Assembly (NCBI GenBank): GCA_000002445.1 | Contig: CP000066.1 | Coordinates: forward strand, 352,001 to 416,000 | DNA length: 64,000 nt | Source: Trypanosoma brucei | Lineage: Eukaryota | Reading direction: 5' to 3' | Shown: positions 29,470-42,162 of the stretch, piece by piece | Numbering within the stretch: the stretch's first letter is position 1 | Layout of the letters: each line of letters begins with the position of its first letter | Translations under genes and position numbers: made by a program | Notes under the pieces: generated by a model | The model's database searches: none | What the model was told of the DNA's origin: nothing | The model's input: only the letters and a program-made list of their open reading frames with translations

Positions 29470-31920
29470 ATGGCAACACAGTTAAATAGTGATACGGTGA
29501 CAGACTCGTTTCCGAAAAGTGGGGAACAGCAATCGCGGTCAGACAGCGGGCTTGGTGAAAGGATGAACGCGGCAAGAAACAAAGGATGGAAAGAATTAGA
29601 TATATCCTATTTCAAGGAGGTGGAGGATGTGGGGAACCTCTGTGAAGTGGCAGGTTTGTTCTTGGAGGACCTAAACTTTAGCTGGTGCACGAACATCCGC
29701 ACAACTGGGTTGGAAAAAATATGCACAGTTGAGTGCTTTCCGAGTCTGCAAAGGCTGTATCTGAACGGCACAGGGACAAATGACAGATGCATCGACAAAC
29801 TCAGCCGTGGGAATCTAAGAGTTTTGGAGTGCGGGTATTGCAGAAACATTACGGACGTTAGGCCCCTTGAAAGGAATGAAACGCTGGAAGTACTTTCGCT
29901 TCGAGGGTGCCAGAACATCGTCCATGGGTTGGAGGATGTTTGCGGTCGGTGGCTAATAAATTTGAGAGAATTGTACTTGAGCGATATGGTAGCCGTCACG
30001 GATGCGTGCATAGAAGCTATCGGTAATAGTAAAAAAAGCCTGGTCCGCTTGGAATGTGAAAATTGTGAAAGAATCACAAACGTCAGTGCGTTGGGAAACG
30101 TCAAGACATTGAAGGTATTGTTGCTCAATCACTCCAAGAACATCGCAGAAGGAGTTTCTAATATCTTCGAAATATCGGAGCTTCAAGACTTAGGCTTCCG
30201 TGGTTTTGCTAAAATTACGCAAGTAAATTTGATGCCGTGGCAGCGTTGTGCGAGTTTAACAACCCTTGATCTCTCTGGATGCAAAAAAGTAACGAACTTG
30301 AATCTGGGTGGGGAGTGTAGAAAACTCGTGTGCCTTAAGCTTTCAGAGTGTCCGCAGCTGCGGGAAGTGGATATCACCGGGTGTGAAAGTTTGACTGCAC
30401 TAAATATTTCCGGACGTTGGCATCTTAAAGTTGTGAAATTGAATGGATGCAAGGAGTTGAAGTCGATTGATCTTTCCGTGTGTCCGCACCTTGAAGACGT
30501 ATATGGAGTATGCGACTGCAAAAACTTGGAAATTTTTAACCTTTGTTTTTGTTCACGACTCACAAAATTGGAACTGGTTGAGCTTGAAAAGTTAAAAATG
30601 TTGAATCTTTGCGGGTGTAAGGACCTTGAAGATATCGGAAGTCCAAGCAGGTGGGGCAAAAACTTGGTGGAGCTTAATGTTTCAATGTGCCGGAAGCTTA
30701 ACTACATGGATTTAAGCGGAAGAGTGAAGCTGGAGAAACTTAACCTTTCTCAATGCGACAGCCTTGTAGAGGTGAATTTAAGTGGGTGCCAAAACCTCTC
30801 TTCTTTACTTGATCTTTCAAACAGCAGGGAGCTCGAAATCTTGAATTTGTGCAACTGTGGGGAGTTGCCGGCGCTTAACGTTGACGGATGCGTGAATCTG
30901 CAAATACTGATTCTGAGCGGATGCCGCAGTCTGTCGACCATGAAACTTTCCGAATGCAACAACCTCAGGGAGACAGATTTTAGCGGCTGTGCGAAGTTGT
31001 CGGCTATCAAACTTTCCAGTAGAAGGGGGATAAAGTTAGTTAAATTGGACGGTTGTATAGATTTGATGTCTCTGGATTTGTCAGAGTGTGTGAGCCTTAA
31101 GGATTTGATTGGAGTAAGTGGCTGTACCCAACTCAAGTCACTCAATCTCTCAGGTTGCAGCAGGCTCGCTGATGTCGCCGCACTAAAGGACCTCAAGGGG
31201 CTGGTGAGGCTCAACCTTTCCAGGTTGGTGGAGGTTGTGGACCTGAGCATGCTGACTGGGCACGAGGATCTGGAGGAGCTCAACCTATCTCAATGTAACG
31301 CACTTGCCGATATAAGCGGACTGAAGGGCGAATGCTCGACAAAACTGATATCTTTGAATGTATCATGGTGCAGGAGCCTTTCGGCTATCTGTGTGCTGAG
31401 TGAGTGTTGCCGTAATTTGACCACGCTGGATATTTCAGGTTGCTGGAACCTCGATGATATGAGCGTGTTGGGGTCGTTAAAGAGCTTGAGTGTTCTTAAT
31501 CTTTCTTGGTGCAGTCAACTGACCGACATAAATATGTTAGCGGGTTTGAACTGCTTGGCTGTTCTTAACCTTTCTTGGTGCAATCAGCTGGTTGATGCGA
31601 GTGTAGTGAGCGAGTTGGAAAGTATAGCCATTCTTAACCTTTCATATTGTTGTGAATTAGCGCGTTTAAATTTGAGCGGATGCATAAAACTAAAGTGCCT
31701 TGATATCTGTGGATGCGTATCCCTCAAACATTTAACTGGATTACGCAAGTGCACGAATTTAGAATCACTCTTCGCTTGCGGATATCGCGACGCGGCAGAA
31801 GACGTTCGTGACGAGTTCCTGAACATTCCATGCTCCGCTACGTTACATATCGATGAAAGCACGGACCGGGAGGTAATACAGGAACTCATGGGTTGGGGTG
31901 TTAGAGTCAAAACAATCTGA
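29470..31920 (+). CDS. leucine-rich repeat protein (LRRP, ESAG8-related LRR family), 816 aa, about 25 LRRs, no RING finger seen
   Basis: Long array of 22-24-aa Cys-containing LRRs (L-S/N-L-S-x-C-x-x-L-x-D/E-x-x-x-L). This is the repeat type I recall for T. brucei ESAG8/LRRP1. It is the last + strand gene before the strand switch. Confidence 0.8.
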   Translation: MATQLNSDTVTDSFPKSGEQQSRSDSGLGERMNAARNKGWKELDISYFKEVEDVGNLCEVAGLFLEDLNFSWCTNIRTTGLEKICTVECFPSLQRLYLNGTGTNDRCIDKLSRGNLRVLECGYCRNITDVRPLERNETLEVLSLRGCQNIVHGLEDVCGRWLINLRELYLSDMVAVTDACIEAIGNSKKSLVRLECENCERITNVSALGNVKTLKVLLLNHSKNIAEGVSNIFEISELQDLGFRGFAKITQVNLMPWQRCASLTTLDLSGCKKVTNLNLGGECRKLVCLKLSECPQLREVDITGCESLTALNISGRWHLKVVKLNGCKELKSIDLSVCPHLEDVYGVCDCKNLEIFNLCFCSRLTKLELVELEKLKMLNLCGCKDLEDIGSPSRWGKNLVELNVSMCRKLNYMDLSGRVKLEKLNLSQCDSLVEVNLSGCQNLSSLLDLSNSRELEILNLCNCGELPALNVDGCVNLQILILSGCRSLSTMKLSECNNLRETDFSGCAKLSAIKLSSRRGIKLVKLDGCIDLMSLDLSECVSLKDLIGVSGCTQLKSLNLSGCSRLADVAALKDLKGLVRLNLSRLVEVVDLSMLTGHEDLEELNLSQCNALADISGLKGECSTKLISLNVSWCRSLSAICVLSECCRNLTTLDISGCWNLDDMSVLGSLKSLSVLNLSWCSQLTDINMLAGLNCLAVLNLSWCNQLVDASVVSELESIAILNLSYCCELARLNLSGCIKLKCLDICGCVSLKHLTGLRKCTNLESLFACGYRDAAEDVRDEFLNIPCSATLHIDESTDREVIQELMGWGVRVKTI

Positions 31921-34900
31921 GACCGGCATGATTGCTCGCCAGGTGGTGTAAGCAGTTGTGTGGCCGAAGCTGATCTTTACACATTTTTTTTGCGCGCGGC
32001 ACAGGGTCAAACACATGCTACCGGAAAGCAGGCTAGCCTATACCCACTCCCTTTCATAGACAGACAACTTTTTTTCTGGAACAAGTCCAGTTGCGCCATC
32101 ATTTTAAGCGTTGAACGTAGTGGCTGCCATCGTACGGGTGCGCGGGGCCGTAGGTGCACACACCTTTCGGCCACATATGTCTACTTCAATTGAGGCTATG
32201 ACGTTGCTTAACGCTAAGGTGAAATGACAACTCTACGTGAATAGGTGCTTTTATTTCAAACATGACCTAATAGTTACGAAATACATAACATTCTTTGATA
32301 ACACAGCGGATTATTCACCACCCAACCACTATCACCTTGTCTTCTCGTATTTTCTCTCGCCCTTTCATTCCAGCACACTTACGAACTGGTATTTTCCACG
32401 CTTCTTCTCATTTTTTTTGCATGCCCACACGGTCCTTAAAGTTCACAAATTTTAGTTTGTAACCCGCCTTCTAAATGATAGAAGTTGTTGTGACAAAAGC
32501 GTAAGAGGTCGCCGAATACACATATCAACGCAGACGAAGCCACGACAAAAAAATTAAAAGGCACGCATAAAGCGACATATGTTATCCATAAGTACTAACA
32601 CATTGGGTAACAACACCCCGAGGCATCGCATCTTCAACAAAAATGTAAAACAAATGATCATTAGCCACACTTTTACAGCGCCGAAATGTTATCTGCTTTT
32701 CTTGTAAACCCCAAACCTCCCAAACATATTTAAAAAAAATTTAGCACAATTCTGATTTGTAACTTTTTCTTACCTCCGCTAAACCTACCTCTTTTAGCAC
32801 CCATCGATTAAGTACCTAGCATCTCCCTATGTTTACTTTTTGTTTGACATCTTTTAGCTAGCGGTCGACTTCGCATTACTACTTCACCCACTGCGGCGTT
32901 AGGTCTGTTCGCGCTGGCAACAGTGATGCCCCCGGCACCTTCTGATTTAGTTGCATTGTTACGTGCCATGGTTTCAGCCGACGCATACCTTTAAACCTTG
33001 CTGTTTGGATTTCTGTGTGCCGCATCGGAGGGAGGCAGCGCTTCCTTTTCTACATCGTCGGGCCTAAACAACTTTACCAAGAAAATTTCCACATCTACGC
33101 GAAGCCGTTAACCTCTTTTCTCTGGTCTAATCAAGCCACATTATCCACTTAGTGCTCAGGGGCTATTCATTGTAGTAAGTGTGTGGGAGTTTCCACTCAC
33201 CCTACTCTTAGAGCGTCACAGCAGCCCTCTATTTTGTGCCCACGCCAGTGCTACAAGTTCTCGATGAGGGTACCTTGTTCCATACATTTTGTCGGGTGGT
33301 GCGTGCATTGGAGATTCTTTGGAACCGTTTTCAATGTCAGGAACGCTCCGCTTCTCAATCTCTTCCCATTCAATTTTTATCTGGGTGTTTGTTCCCATAA
33401 AGTAGAGTACCCCCCGCCACATCAATGCGCTCGGCTGCACCTTCAATAGAGTAATTGGCTCCGACGCCAAGACCACGTGGCCAGTGCCGTAAAGGTCTTC
33501 CGTTCGCCCGTAGGACCTGATTAAAGTTGAAAAGACGTCCAAATGCGTTGCGTTGGTGTGTGGAATAACGTGGCGACGAAAAGTGGTAACTTCAACAGAA
33601 GGTAGCGGCTTTCAGTGAAGGCTCTTTTTCCAAAGCGTCGTTGACACCTCACCCGCCAGTGAGGTAAGTGGCCGCTAATTTTACACCCATGGGGTTTCCT
33701 CAACTGGCAAAGCCCATTCTCTAAGGTTGAGCTTCCTGTGGCCTCGTCTGCTCGCAGGTGAAATTTATGCAGTTTTATTCTTCACTAACTGTTTGATTTT
33801 CCGCGTGGTGTAAAGTGGGCAACAAAAACGAGGGGGTATTATTGTAGGCATCAAGCAATCCTAAGGGTGTACTTCCTTCGGAGTGGACTCAAATTCTTTA
33901 CAACCAAGAGCCCTACCAATTAAAAAGAAGGTGCAAGCAAGAAACCTCACTGCGCGTACAAAAGTAAACAAAAGAGGTGAATAATAACGGCCGAATACTG
34001 TAAAAAAAAACTAATGCGGAACAGTTGTGTGTGTTGTGGTTTGATCAATGTTATTCGCAGCCTCGGGCTCCCACCAAAAAACTAAGACTTGTAGGAGAGT
34101 GGTGTGTGACAACCAAGCTTGGGTGTTCTTGCAGTCAGTCAGAAAGTGGTGGTTATTTTTCAATTATAACAATGAGCACTATAACTGTACTAAGGAACTT
34201 TAGAAAACAGACACGAAGAGTCTTGCCACTAGCAGTACCGTTGAGTTGGAGTCAAAGTTAAATTAGGAGCGGTTTCCAGTTCCCTGCAGACCACCAGAGT
34301 TAACACCAACCTCTTCTTCAGCATCTTTCAAAGTTCGCCACCGCTGGAGTGTCAGCAATTGCGCTTTAAATATCACCTCTCGACCATGTGGTGTTCTATG
34401 CGAGAAGTGATGTGGCTACCACAAACTTTGTGCCTTTTGTGTTCATTTCCATGGACCTCCCTAGAGTTCCATCAAGTAGCCCACCTGCATTCAATGTTTC
34501 ACTAACTGCATACTACAGTGGTGTACGCGGCATTCTAGCAACAGCCTTCCTCAGTCAGTCGTGTCTCACCTCGAGGTGTTTAATCTTGTGACGGCTACTT
34601 GGCGATGGTCTCTAAGTTCTTTGGCCGTAATGCACCTTATATTTGTGTCACTGACAGAATTCTCAAACCCACTATCTGTTGTGCGTTCCGCTAACCGCTG
34701 TAACGACCTATTGGCTTCTCCCACTTCCGCAGATGGGTCCTTCGTTTCTAGGAGATTGATTCGTAGCATCGTCTGCGTTCTTGTATGTCCTCCCTTCCTT
34801 TGCAAACACCCCCACCCTGTAACCCCCATACCCATCACCCTCATGTTCTTTTTGTTCACCTTACTCTCCTGTCCACCTATCTGTATCACCGGACTGTTGT

Positions 34901-36093
34901 TGTATCTCTACTCCAAAACATGCAACACTGTTCCACGTAACTTTCGCAATTTTCCTCACTACACAAATTTCCACGAACTCCTTAAACCTCCGAAAGCGAC
35001 GAATCGGCCCCACTTTGGTGATATCCCCCTCAACCTTGTCAAGTATCCCCCTGCTCTTCCCTTGTGATGCGGTTGTTGAAAACGACTAATACACACAAAA
35101 CTCCCAGTGTACTCCATCCTACCACAAAAAAAAAACATATAGTTGCATCCTCCATCGCCTGTTACCAACATTTGATTTCCGATTATTTTTTGTATGCGCA
35201 GCATAAAGTTCCTTAAATTACCCTCACACCATGATATTTATAGTGGTTAACAACAGTCTCTCTCCTATCGATAAAGGGGTGAACCAGCCGCTTTGCACAC
35301 ACTTTGTGCCCGGCTACATCTTTTTGTCTCTAAGGTGAGGGCATTTTCCCGTGAATTTATGATTTCACCGCATTTTTTTCCTCCAAATTTCTGCCAACTC
35401 TGTATTGAAACAACTGAACTCATTCTATCAAATATTCCGTTAATTCTTGAGCACATCAGCACACACTCTCGAAAACCCGGTGAATGCTGCGACAAAACCT
35501 CCATCGGAGCGATCACGCTTTAGACAGAAATGCAATTCCTGAGAACATTACCGATAAAACGTGTAACCATCCGCACTACATTCAACTCTACACTTTTCTG
35601 GGAGTCTTTACCACACACCTTTATCCCTTCTATTCACTTAAGGTGTTAAATCTAATTTACTCAATACCTATTTCAAGGGATTGTCAATTCCATCTTGTTA
35701 AAAAAGGGACAAACCAGCTTGGAAGGAGTTTTCCTTTCTATTCCGCATTCTTTCACTTCACGGGATACTGAGAGTATTGTTCAGTCAATATTATTGAAAA
35801 AAAAATGTCAACACACTGCTGTAGCAAAAAAAAAAAAGAAAGCATAACTTGAGTGATATTTGAATCACATCACGTCGCTTACTATATGAATTTCCCATTT
35901 ACATTTGCTATCCTCTAATTCACATCCCTCCCCTGCCTTGAATCCACTAGTGTTTACCTGTTGTTGACGTTACCATCGTTAAACGTCAGAAGAGCCTTTT
36001 TTGGAATCACGCCCGTGCTCATTCTGACGTTGCTTTCCTTTTCTCTTAGTTTCCCGTCTTACCTGATATTTGCCAATTCAAACCAGGTTTTAC

Positions 36094-37194
36094 TTAATTT
36101 TTGGCATTGCCAATTTTCCTGTTTGACTCTTCAAACTCTTTTTGTAGCTTTTCAATGGCATCTGCGAGCGTTCTCTTATCATTCTCGTAGTCTTTCAGAT
36201 CCCTCATTTCGTTGAAAACTTTTAACAACTCCCTCATCCACGGTATATTCTTAATATCTCTGTTCCTACCCCTAACCACGTAGCGCACACGGTGGCCAGG
36301 GGCTTCTTGGGGCAGAATCCAGAGCCGCCAGAAGCTGAACTTTCTCCTATCACCAAAGACATAGGTAGTTCCGGTACATCCATCAACACCGTGGTTAATC
36401 ATGTCGCGGAAGTCGTTTACTAGTTTGTTAAACCCTTCTTGTGGGCCTTCCATACTTGAGCACTGTTCTTTGAGAAAATACCACCTTTCCCCCGCGTCTT
36501 CATCTGGTCTCCACACCGCCCTATTATCTCCCCTAGCGCAACGACTACAGCAGAGCTGAGTTTCTCTTCCCAAATTCATACGAGGCGCGCACAAACACAA
36601 CAAATCCCTACTCAATGATACGGACGCTTTAAGCTTTTGTGAACGTGAGAGTTGCTGCTCACATACCTGTCTCCTGTCGGAACTGCGTGCTTTAATTTCT
36701 TGTGGTCGATATGGAACACCATACAGCGCGCGATTAATACCTTTTTCGAGATCACTTGCTTTCAAAACCCATCTCCGATTTTTGGTTATATTTTGGAATA
36801 TCTGCGCAACGGAAAGAACCTTTTTTCTAATCTCCACCACTTCACGTTCGGACAATCCTCCTACCGAAAGTAGGGTTGTATTTCCCCTAGTTGCCAATTC
36901 TTTTTTCGATTCATTCCAAAACACTTTGTGGAGTGCACAGTTTCTTTTCCCCGCGCCTTCGCAAGTTTTGTTCAAATCCCTGTCTCCACTCATTTCCAAA
37001 TACATTGCTCCAATTCGAGCCGCCCCTTTAGTGATTTCCTGTGCTTCTTTCATCTTTCCAAGTGCTGCTTCTGCCAAATTTATCATGCCACACAATGTCT
37101 TAAACTCATCCCCGTTAACTATCCGCCGATCACCCGAGACAGTTGCCGGGAATACCAGCGCAAGCAAAACAGTGCAAAGATTTATAGCGCGCAT
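36094..37194 (-). CDS. surface/secreted protein B, copy 1 (366 aa). Signal peptide present, no hydrophobic C-terminus, so it is secreted or partners with a GPI-anchored protein.
   Basis: Signal peptide MRAINLCTVLLALVFPATVSG, NGDEFKTLCG and DLLCLCAP motifs shared with gene A, several NxS/T sequons. On the - strand, consistent with the right-hand gene block. Confidence 0.7.
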   Translation of the reverse strand: MRAINLCTVLLALVFPATVSGDRRIVNGDEFKTLCGMINLAEAALGKMKEAQEITKGAARIGAMYLEMSGDRDLNKTCEGAGKRNCALHKVFWNESKKELATRGNTTLLSVGGLSEREVVEIRKKVLSVAQIFQNITKNRRWVLKASDLEKGINRALYGVPYRPQEIKARSSDRRQVCEQQLSRSQKLKASVSLSRDLLCLCAPRMNLGRETQLCCSRCARGDNRAVWRPDEDAGERWYFLKEQCSSMEGPQEGFNKLVNDFRDMINHGVDGCTGTTYVFGDRRKFSFWRLWILPQEAPGHRVRYVVRGRNRDIKNIPWMRELLKVFNEMRDLKDYENDKRTLADAIEKLQKEFEESNRKIGNAKN

Positions 37195-40100
37195 TCTCTC
37201 CCTTCACTTCAATCAACAACTTCACCTCTTAAAAATACACAAGAAGATCATATAAAAATGCGAATGCATACCCCACATGCACCTTTGAATAAGTTATAGG
37301 AGTTGATAGAAAGGTAAATATACTACAAGTCAAATACCAACATTTGATGGATGTGCTTCTAAAAGTAAAAAAAGACTTAAGTAGTGTTAGATGGCAGTTT
37401 ACAAAAGTGGAGGTAAGTGTCCTTGGTGCCAAATCGACGCATGCTCTGGCATTTCATTTGGACCTTGATTTCTGCTGTAGGGAGGTTGCATCACTTCCGT
37501 AAATCTTGGGCTTATCCACTGTAGAAATAACCTATGACACTTTATACTTCCGAAGAATTAACTTTTTTCATTGTTATTTTCTTTGAGGAACACAGAAAAT
37601 CTGTACGAAGGTGGTTTTGAGTTGGGCTTTTGTTTTCACCAGTTTCTTCTGCATTTCGCATCCACAAAGTTTTGCAGACTCTACTTTGGTTGCCTGTTAT
37701 TTCGTTTGCCTTAGTAGTTGCATTTTTTTCTTTCAGTTTTGGCATACATAAACAAACGCCGTTACTGGTGCCGTCGTAAATTAAGCAAAGGCGGTGCCGC
37801 AACGTAAATTTGCCCGAACATTGGCGAGTGCCCAGTTCTTCATCTCCTCTAAACGAGCGGGAAATCTCATTCTGACTTGACCTCTGCGGTTTGTGTTTCT
37901 CCAAAGGAACCGCTCATACATCTGACACATCTAAAAACGCAAGTTTCAATGCAACACCACTATGTTTTCGGCAGTCTCTGTCATTCAAAAATTATTATCC
38001 CCATAGCAACCATTCAATCTTCCAATTATTTTCCACAAACCCGACTGTGACATTAAGAATTATCGTGCGCTTTCCAGTTGAGATGACGTGCACATAGGAG
38101 AGACAAATTCAAAAGATAGAGTAAAAATGTTAAAGTTAAGTTTGCTAATAAAGCGATATCGTTTTTGAACCATCGGGTAGTCACATTTTTGATGGTTAGG
38201 TTAACAAAATGCTGTTTTTACAGGAAAACATCAGAGTTGTCCGTGACGTGTCTTAATCAGTTACGTCGCTGAATTCCAAGCTACTAAGAGCGGTCCCGCG
38301 TTAATTTTTCCAGATCTTAAACCGCTAAATGTATCATTTTCTAGTTAACCTCAAGTTCTGATGCATTTTCACGCAGGAGCCTGCACCCAAAATTGTAATT
38401 CGAGGCTACGTTACAAAACACCACCTAAAACGCACAATTACAACTCTTCATCTCCAGCACTTGGACGTGCGCATCGCACACAATGACCACCTGCCTTCTT
38501 TGAACTCAATCTGATGCAGAAAAAAAGCGCATCTCCCCTCTCCGACAGCGAAAAAAGCATGCATGCACCCACAATCGCCACGAAAATAGTTTCCCCTCTC
38601 ACCATAAAATCTTCCAATAATCCTTAATCTACCTAAAAAAATATAAGAACAGAGTAAGTGACCACGTATAGAATCATTCCCAATCAAACCGTTCACTACG
38701 AGCAAGACTATGTCATATGCCGATCACTTGATCCGCACATTTCATCAAGCTTGCCACGTACTGTCTTTATCCCATTAGCTACTAATCATCGGTTTTATTA
38801 CCTATTTCCCACCAATCCCGCACGTCCACCAATAAGAGCAATTTACATTTTACGCAGTACGCCAGTGCTCCTCGATTAAGTACCTAGCATCTCCCTATGT
38901 TTACTTTTTGTTTGACATCTTTTAGCTAGCGGTCGACTTCGCATTACTACTTCACCCACTGCGGCGTTAGGTCTGTTCGCGCTGGCAACAGTGATGCCCC
39001 CGGCACCTTCTGATTTAGTTGCATTGTTACGTGCCATGGTTTCAGCTGACGCATACCTTTAAACCTTGCTGTTTGGATTTCTGTGTGCCGCATCGGAGGG
39101 AGGCAGCGCTTCCTTTTCTACATCGTCGGGCCTAAACAACTTTACCAAGAAAATTTCCACATCTACGCGAAGCCGTTAACCTCTTTTCTCTGGTCTAATC
39201 AAGCCACATTATCCACTTAGTGCTCAGGGGCTATTCATTGTAGTAAGTGTGTGGGAGTTTCCACTCACCCTACTCTTAGAGCGTCACAGCAGCCCTCTAT
39301 TTTGTGCCCACGCCAGTGCTACAAGTTCTCGATGAGGGTACCTTGTTCCATACATTTTGTCGGGTGGTGCGTGCATTGGAGATTCTTTGGAACCGTTTTC
39401 AATGTCAGGAACGCTCCGCTTCTCAATCTCTTCCCATTCAATTTTTATCTGGGTGTTTGTTCCCATAAAGTAGAGTACCCCCCGCCACATCAATGCGCTC
39501 GGCTGCACCTTCAATAGAGTAATTGGCTCCGACGCCAAGACCACGTGGCCAGTGCCGTAAAGGTCTTCCGTTCGCCCGTAGGACCTGATTAAAGTTGAAA
39601 AGACGTCCAAATGCGTTGCGTTGGTGTGTGGAATAACGTGGCGACGAAAAGTGGTAACTTCAACAGAAGGTAGCGGCTTTCAGTGAAGGCTCTTTTTCCA
39701 AAGCGTCGTTGACACCTCACCCGCCAGTGAGGTAAGTGGCCGCTAATTTTACACCCATGGGGTTTCCTCAACTGGCAAAGCCCATTCTCTAAGGTTGAGC
39801 TTCCTGTGGCCTCGTCTGCTCGCAGGTGAAATTTATGCAGTTTTATTCTTCACTAACTGTTTGATTTTCCGCGTGGTGTAAAGTGGGCAACAAAAACGAG
39901 GGGGTATTATTGTAGGCATCAAGCAATCCTAAGGGTGTACTTCCTTCGGAGTGGACTCAAATTCTTTACAACCAAGAGCCCTACCAATTAAAAAGAAGGT
40001 GCAAGCAAGAAACCTCACTGCGCGTACAAAAGTAAACAAAAGAGGTGAATAATAACGGCCGAATACTGTAAAAAAAAACTAATGCGGAACAGTTGTGTGT

Positions 40101-42162
40101 GTTGTGGTTTGATCAATGTTATTCGCAGCCTCGGGCTCCCACCAAAAAACTAAGACTTGTAGGAGAGTGGTGTGTGACAACCAAGCTTGGGTGTTCTTGC
40201 AGTCAGTCAGAAAGTGGTGGTTATTTTTCAATTATAACAATGAGCACTATAACTGTACTAAGGAACTTTAGAAAACAGACACGAAGAGTCTTGCCACTAG
40301 CAGTACCGTTGAGTTGGAGTCAAAGTTAAATTAGGAGCGGTTTCCAGTTCCCTGCAGACCACCAGAGTTAACACCAACCTCTTCTTCAGCATCTTTCAAA
40401 GTTCGCCACCGCTGGAGTGTCAGCAATTGCGCTTTAAATATCACCTCTCGACCATGTGGTGTTCTATGCGAGAAGTGATGTGGCTACCACAAACTTTGTG
40501 CCTTTTGTGTTCATTTCCATGGACCTCCCTAGAGTTCCATCAAGTAGCCCACCTGCATTCAATGTTTCACTAACTGCATACTACAGTGGTGTACGCGGCA
40601 TTCTAGCAACAGCCTTCCTCAGTCAGTCGTGTCTCACCTCGAGGTGTTTAATCTTGTGACGGCTACTTGGCGATGGTCTCTAAGTTCTTTGGCCGTAATG
40701 CACCTTCCATTTGTGTCACTGACAGAATTCTCAAACCCACTATCTGTTGTGCGTTCCGCTAACCGCTGTAACGACCTATTGGCTTCTCCCACTTCCGCAG
40801 ATGGGTCCTTCGTTTCTAGGAGATTGATTCGTAGCATCGTCTGCGTTCTTGTATGTCCTCCCTTCCTTTGCAAACACCCCCACCCTGTAACCCCCATACC
40901 CATCACCCTCATGTTCTTTTTGTTCACCTTACTCTCCTGTCCACCTATCTGTATCACCGGACTGTTGTTGTATCTCTACTCCAAAACATGCAACACCGTT
41001 CCACGTAACTTTCGCAATTTTCCTCACTACACAAATTTCCACGAACTCCTTAAACCTCCGAAAGCGACGAATCGGCCCCACTTTGGTGATATCCCCCTCA
41101 ACCTTGTCAAGTATCCCCCTGCTCTTCCCTTGTGATGCGGTTGTTGAAAACGACTAATACACACAAAACTCCCAGTGTACTCCATCCTACCACAAAAAAA
41201 AACATATAGTTGCATCCTCCATCGCCTGTTACCAACATTTGATTTCCGATTATTTTTTGTATGCGCAGCATAAAGTTCCTTAAATTACCCTCACACCATG
41301 ATATTTATAGTGGTTAACAACAGTCTCTCTCCTATCGATAAAGGGGTGAACCAGCCGCTTTGCACACACTTTGTGCCCGGCTACATCTTTTTGTCTCTAA
41401 GGTGAGGGCATTTTCCCGTGAATTTATGATTTCACCGCATTTTTTTCCTCCAAATTTCTGCCAACTCTGTATTGAAACAACTGAACTCATTCTATCAAAT
41501 ATTCCGTTAATTCTTGAGCACATCAGCACACACTCTCGAAAACCCGGTGAATGCTGCGACAAAACCTCCATCGGAGCGATCACGCTTTAGACAGAAATGC
41601 AATTCCTGAGAACATTACCGATAAAACGTGTAACCATCCGCACTACATTCAACTCTACACTTTTCTGGGAGTCTTTACCACACACCTTTATCCCTTCTAT
41701 TCACTTAAGGTGTTAAATCTAATTTACTCAATACCTATTTCAAGGGATTGTCAATTCCATCTTGTTAAAAAAGGGACAAACCAGCTTGGAAGGAGTTTTC
41801 CTTTCTATTCCGCATTCTTTCACTTCACGGGATACTGAGAGTATTGTTCAGTCAATATTATTGAAAAAAAAATGTCAACACACTGCTGTAGCAAAAAAAA
41901 AAAAAAGAAAGCATAACTTGAGTGATATTTGAATCACATCACGTCGCTTACTATATGAATTTCCCATTTACATTTGCTATCCTCTAATTCACATCCCTCC
42001 CCTGCCTTGAATCCACTAGTGTTTACCTGTTGTTGACGTTACCATCGTTAAACGTCAGAAGAGCCTTTTTTGGAATCACGCCCGTGCTCATTCTGACGTT
42101 GCTTTCCTTTTCTCTTAGTTTCCCGTCTTACCTGATATTTGCCAATTCAAACCAGGTTTTAC

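Noticed and set aside
31921-33200. Possible tRNA, snRNA or SL-RNA genes in the strand-switch region
   Set aside because: No T-loop/box-B-like motif, no spliced-leader 39-mer and no cloverleaf-compatible segment found by eye. Needs tRNAscan/Infernal to exclude formally.
34561-35067. 168-aa + strand ORF, and other 60-110-aa ORFs, inside each tandem repeat unit
   Set aside because: Low-complexity pyrimidine-rich translation with no recognisable domain, on the strand opposite to gene B. It differs between the copies by non-synonymous changes without constraint.
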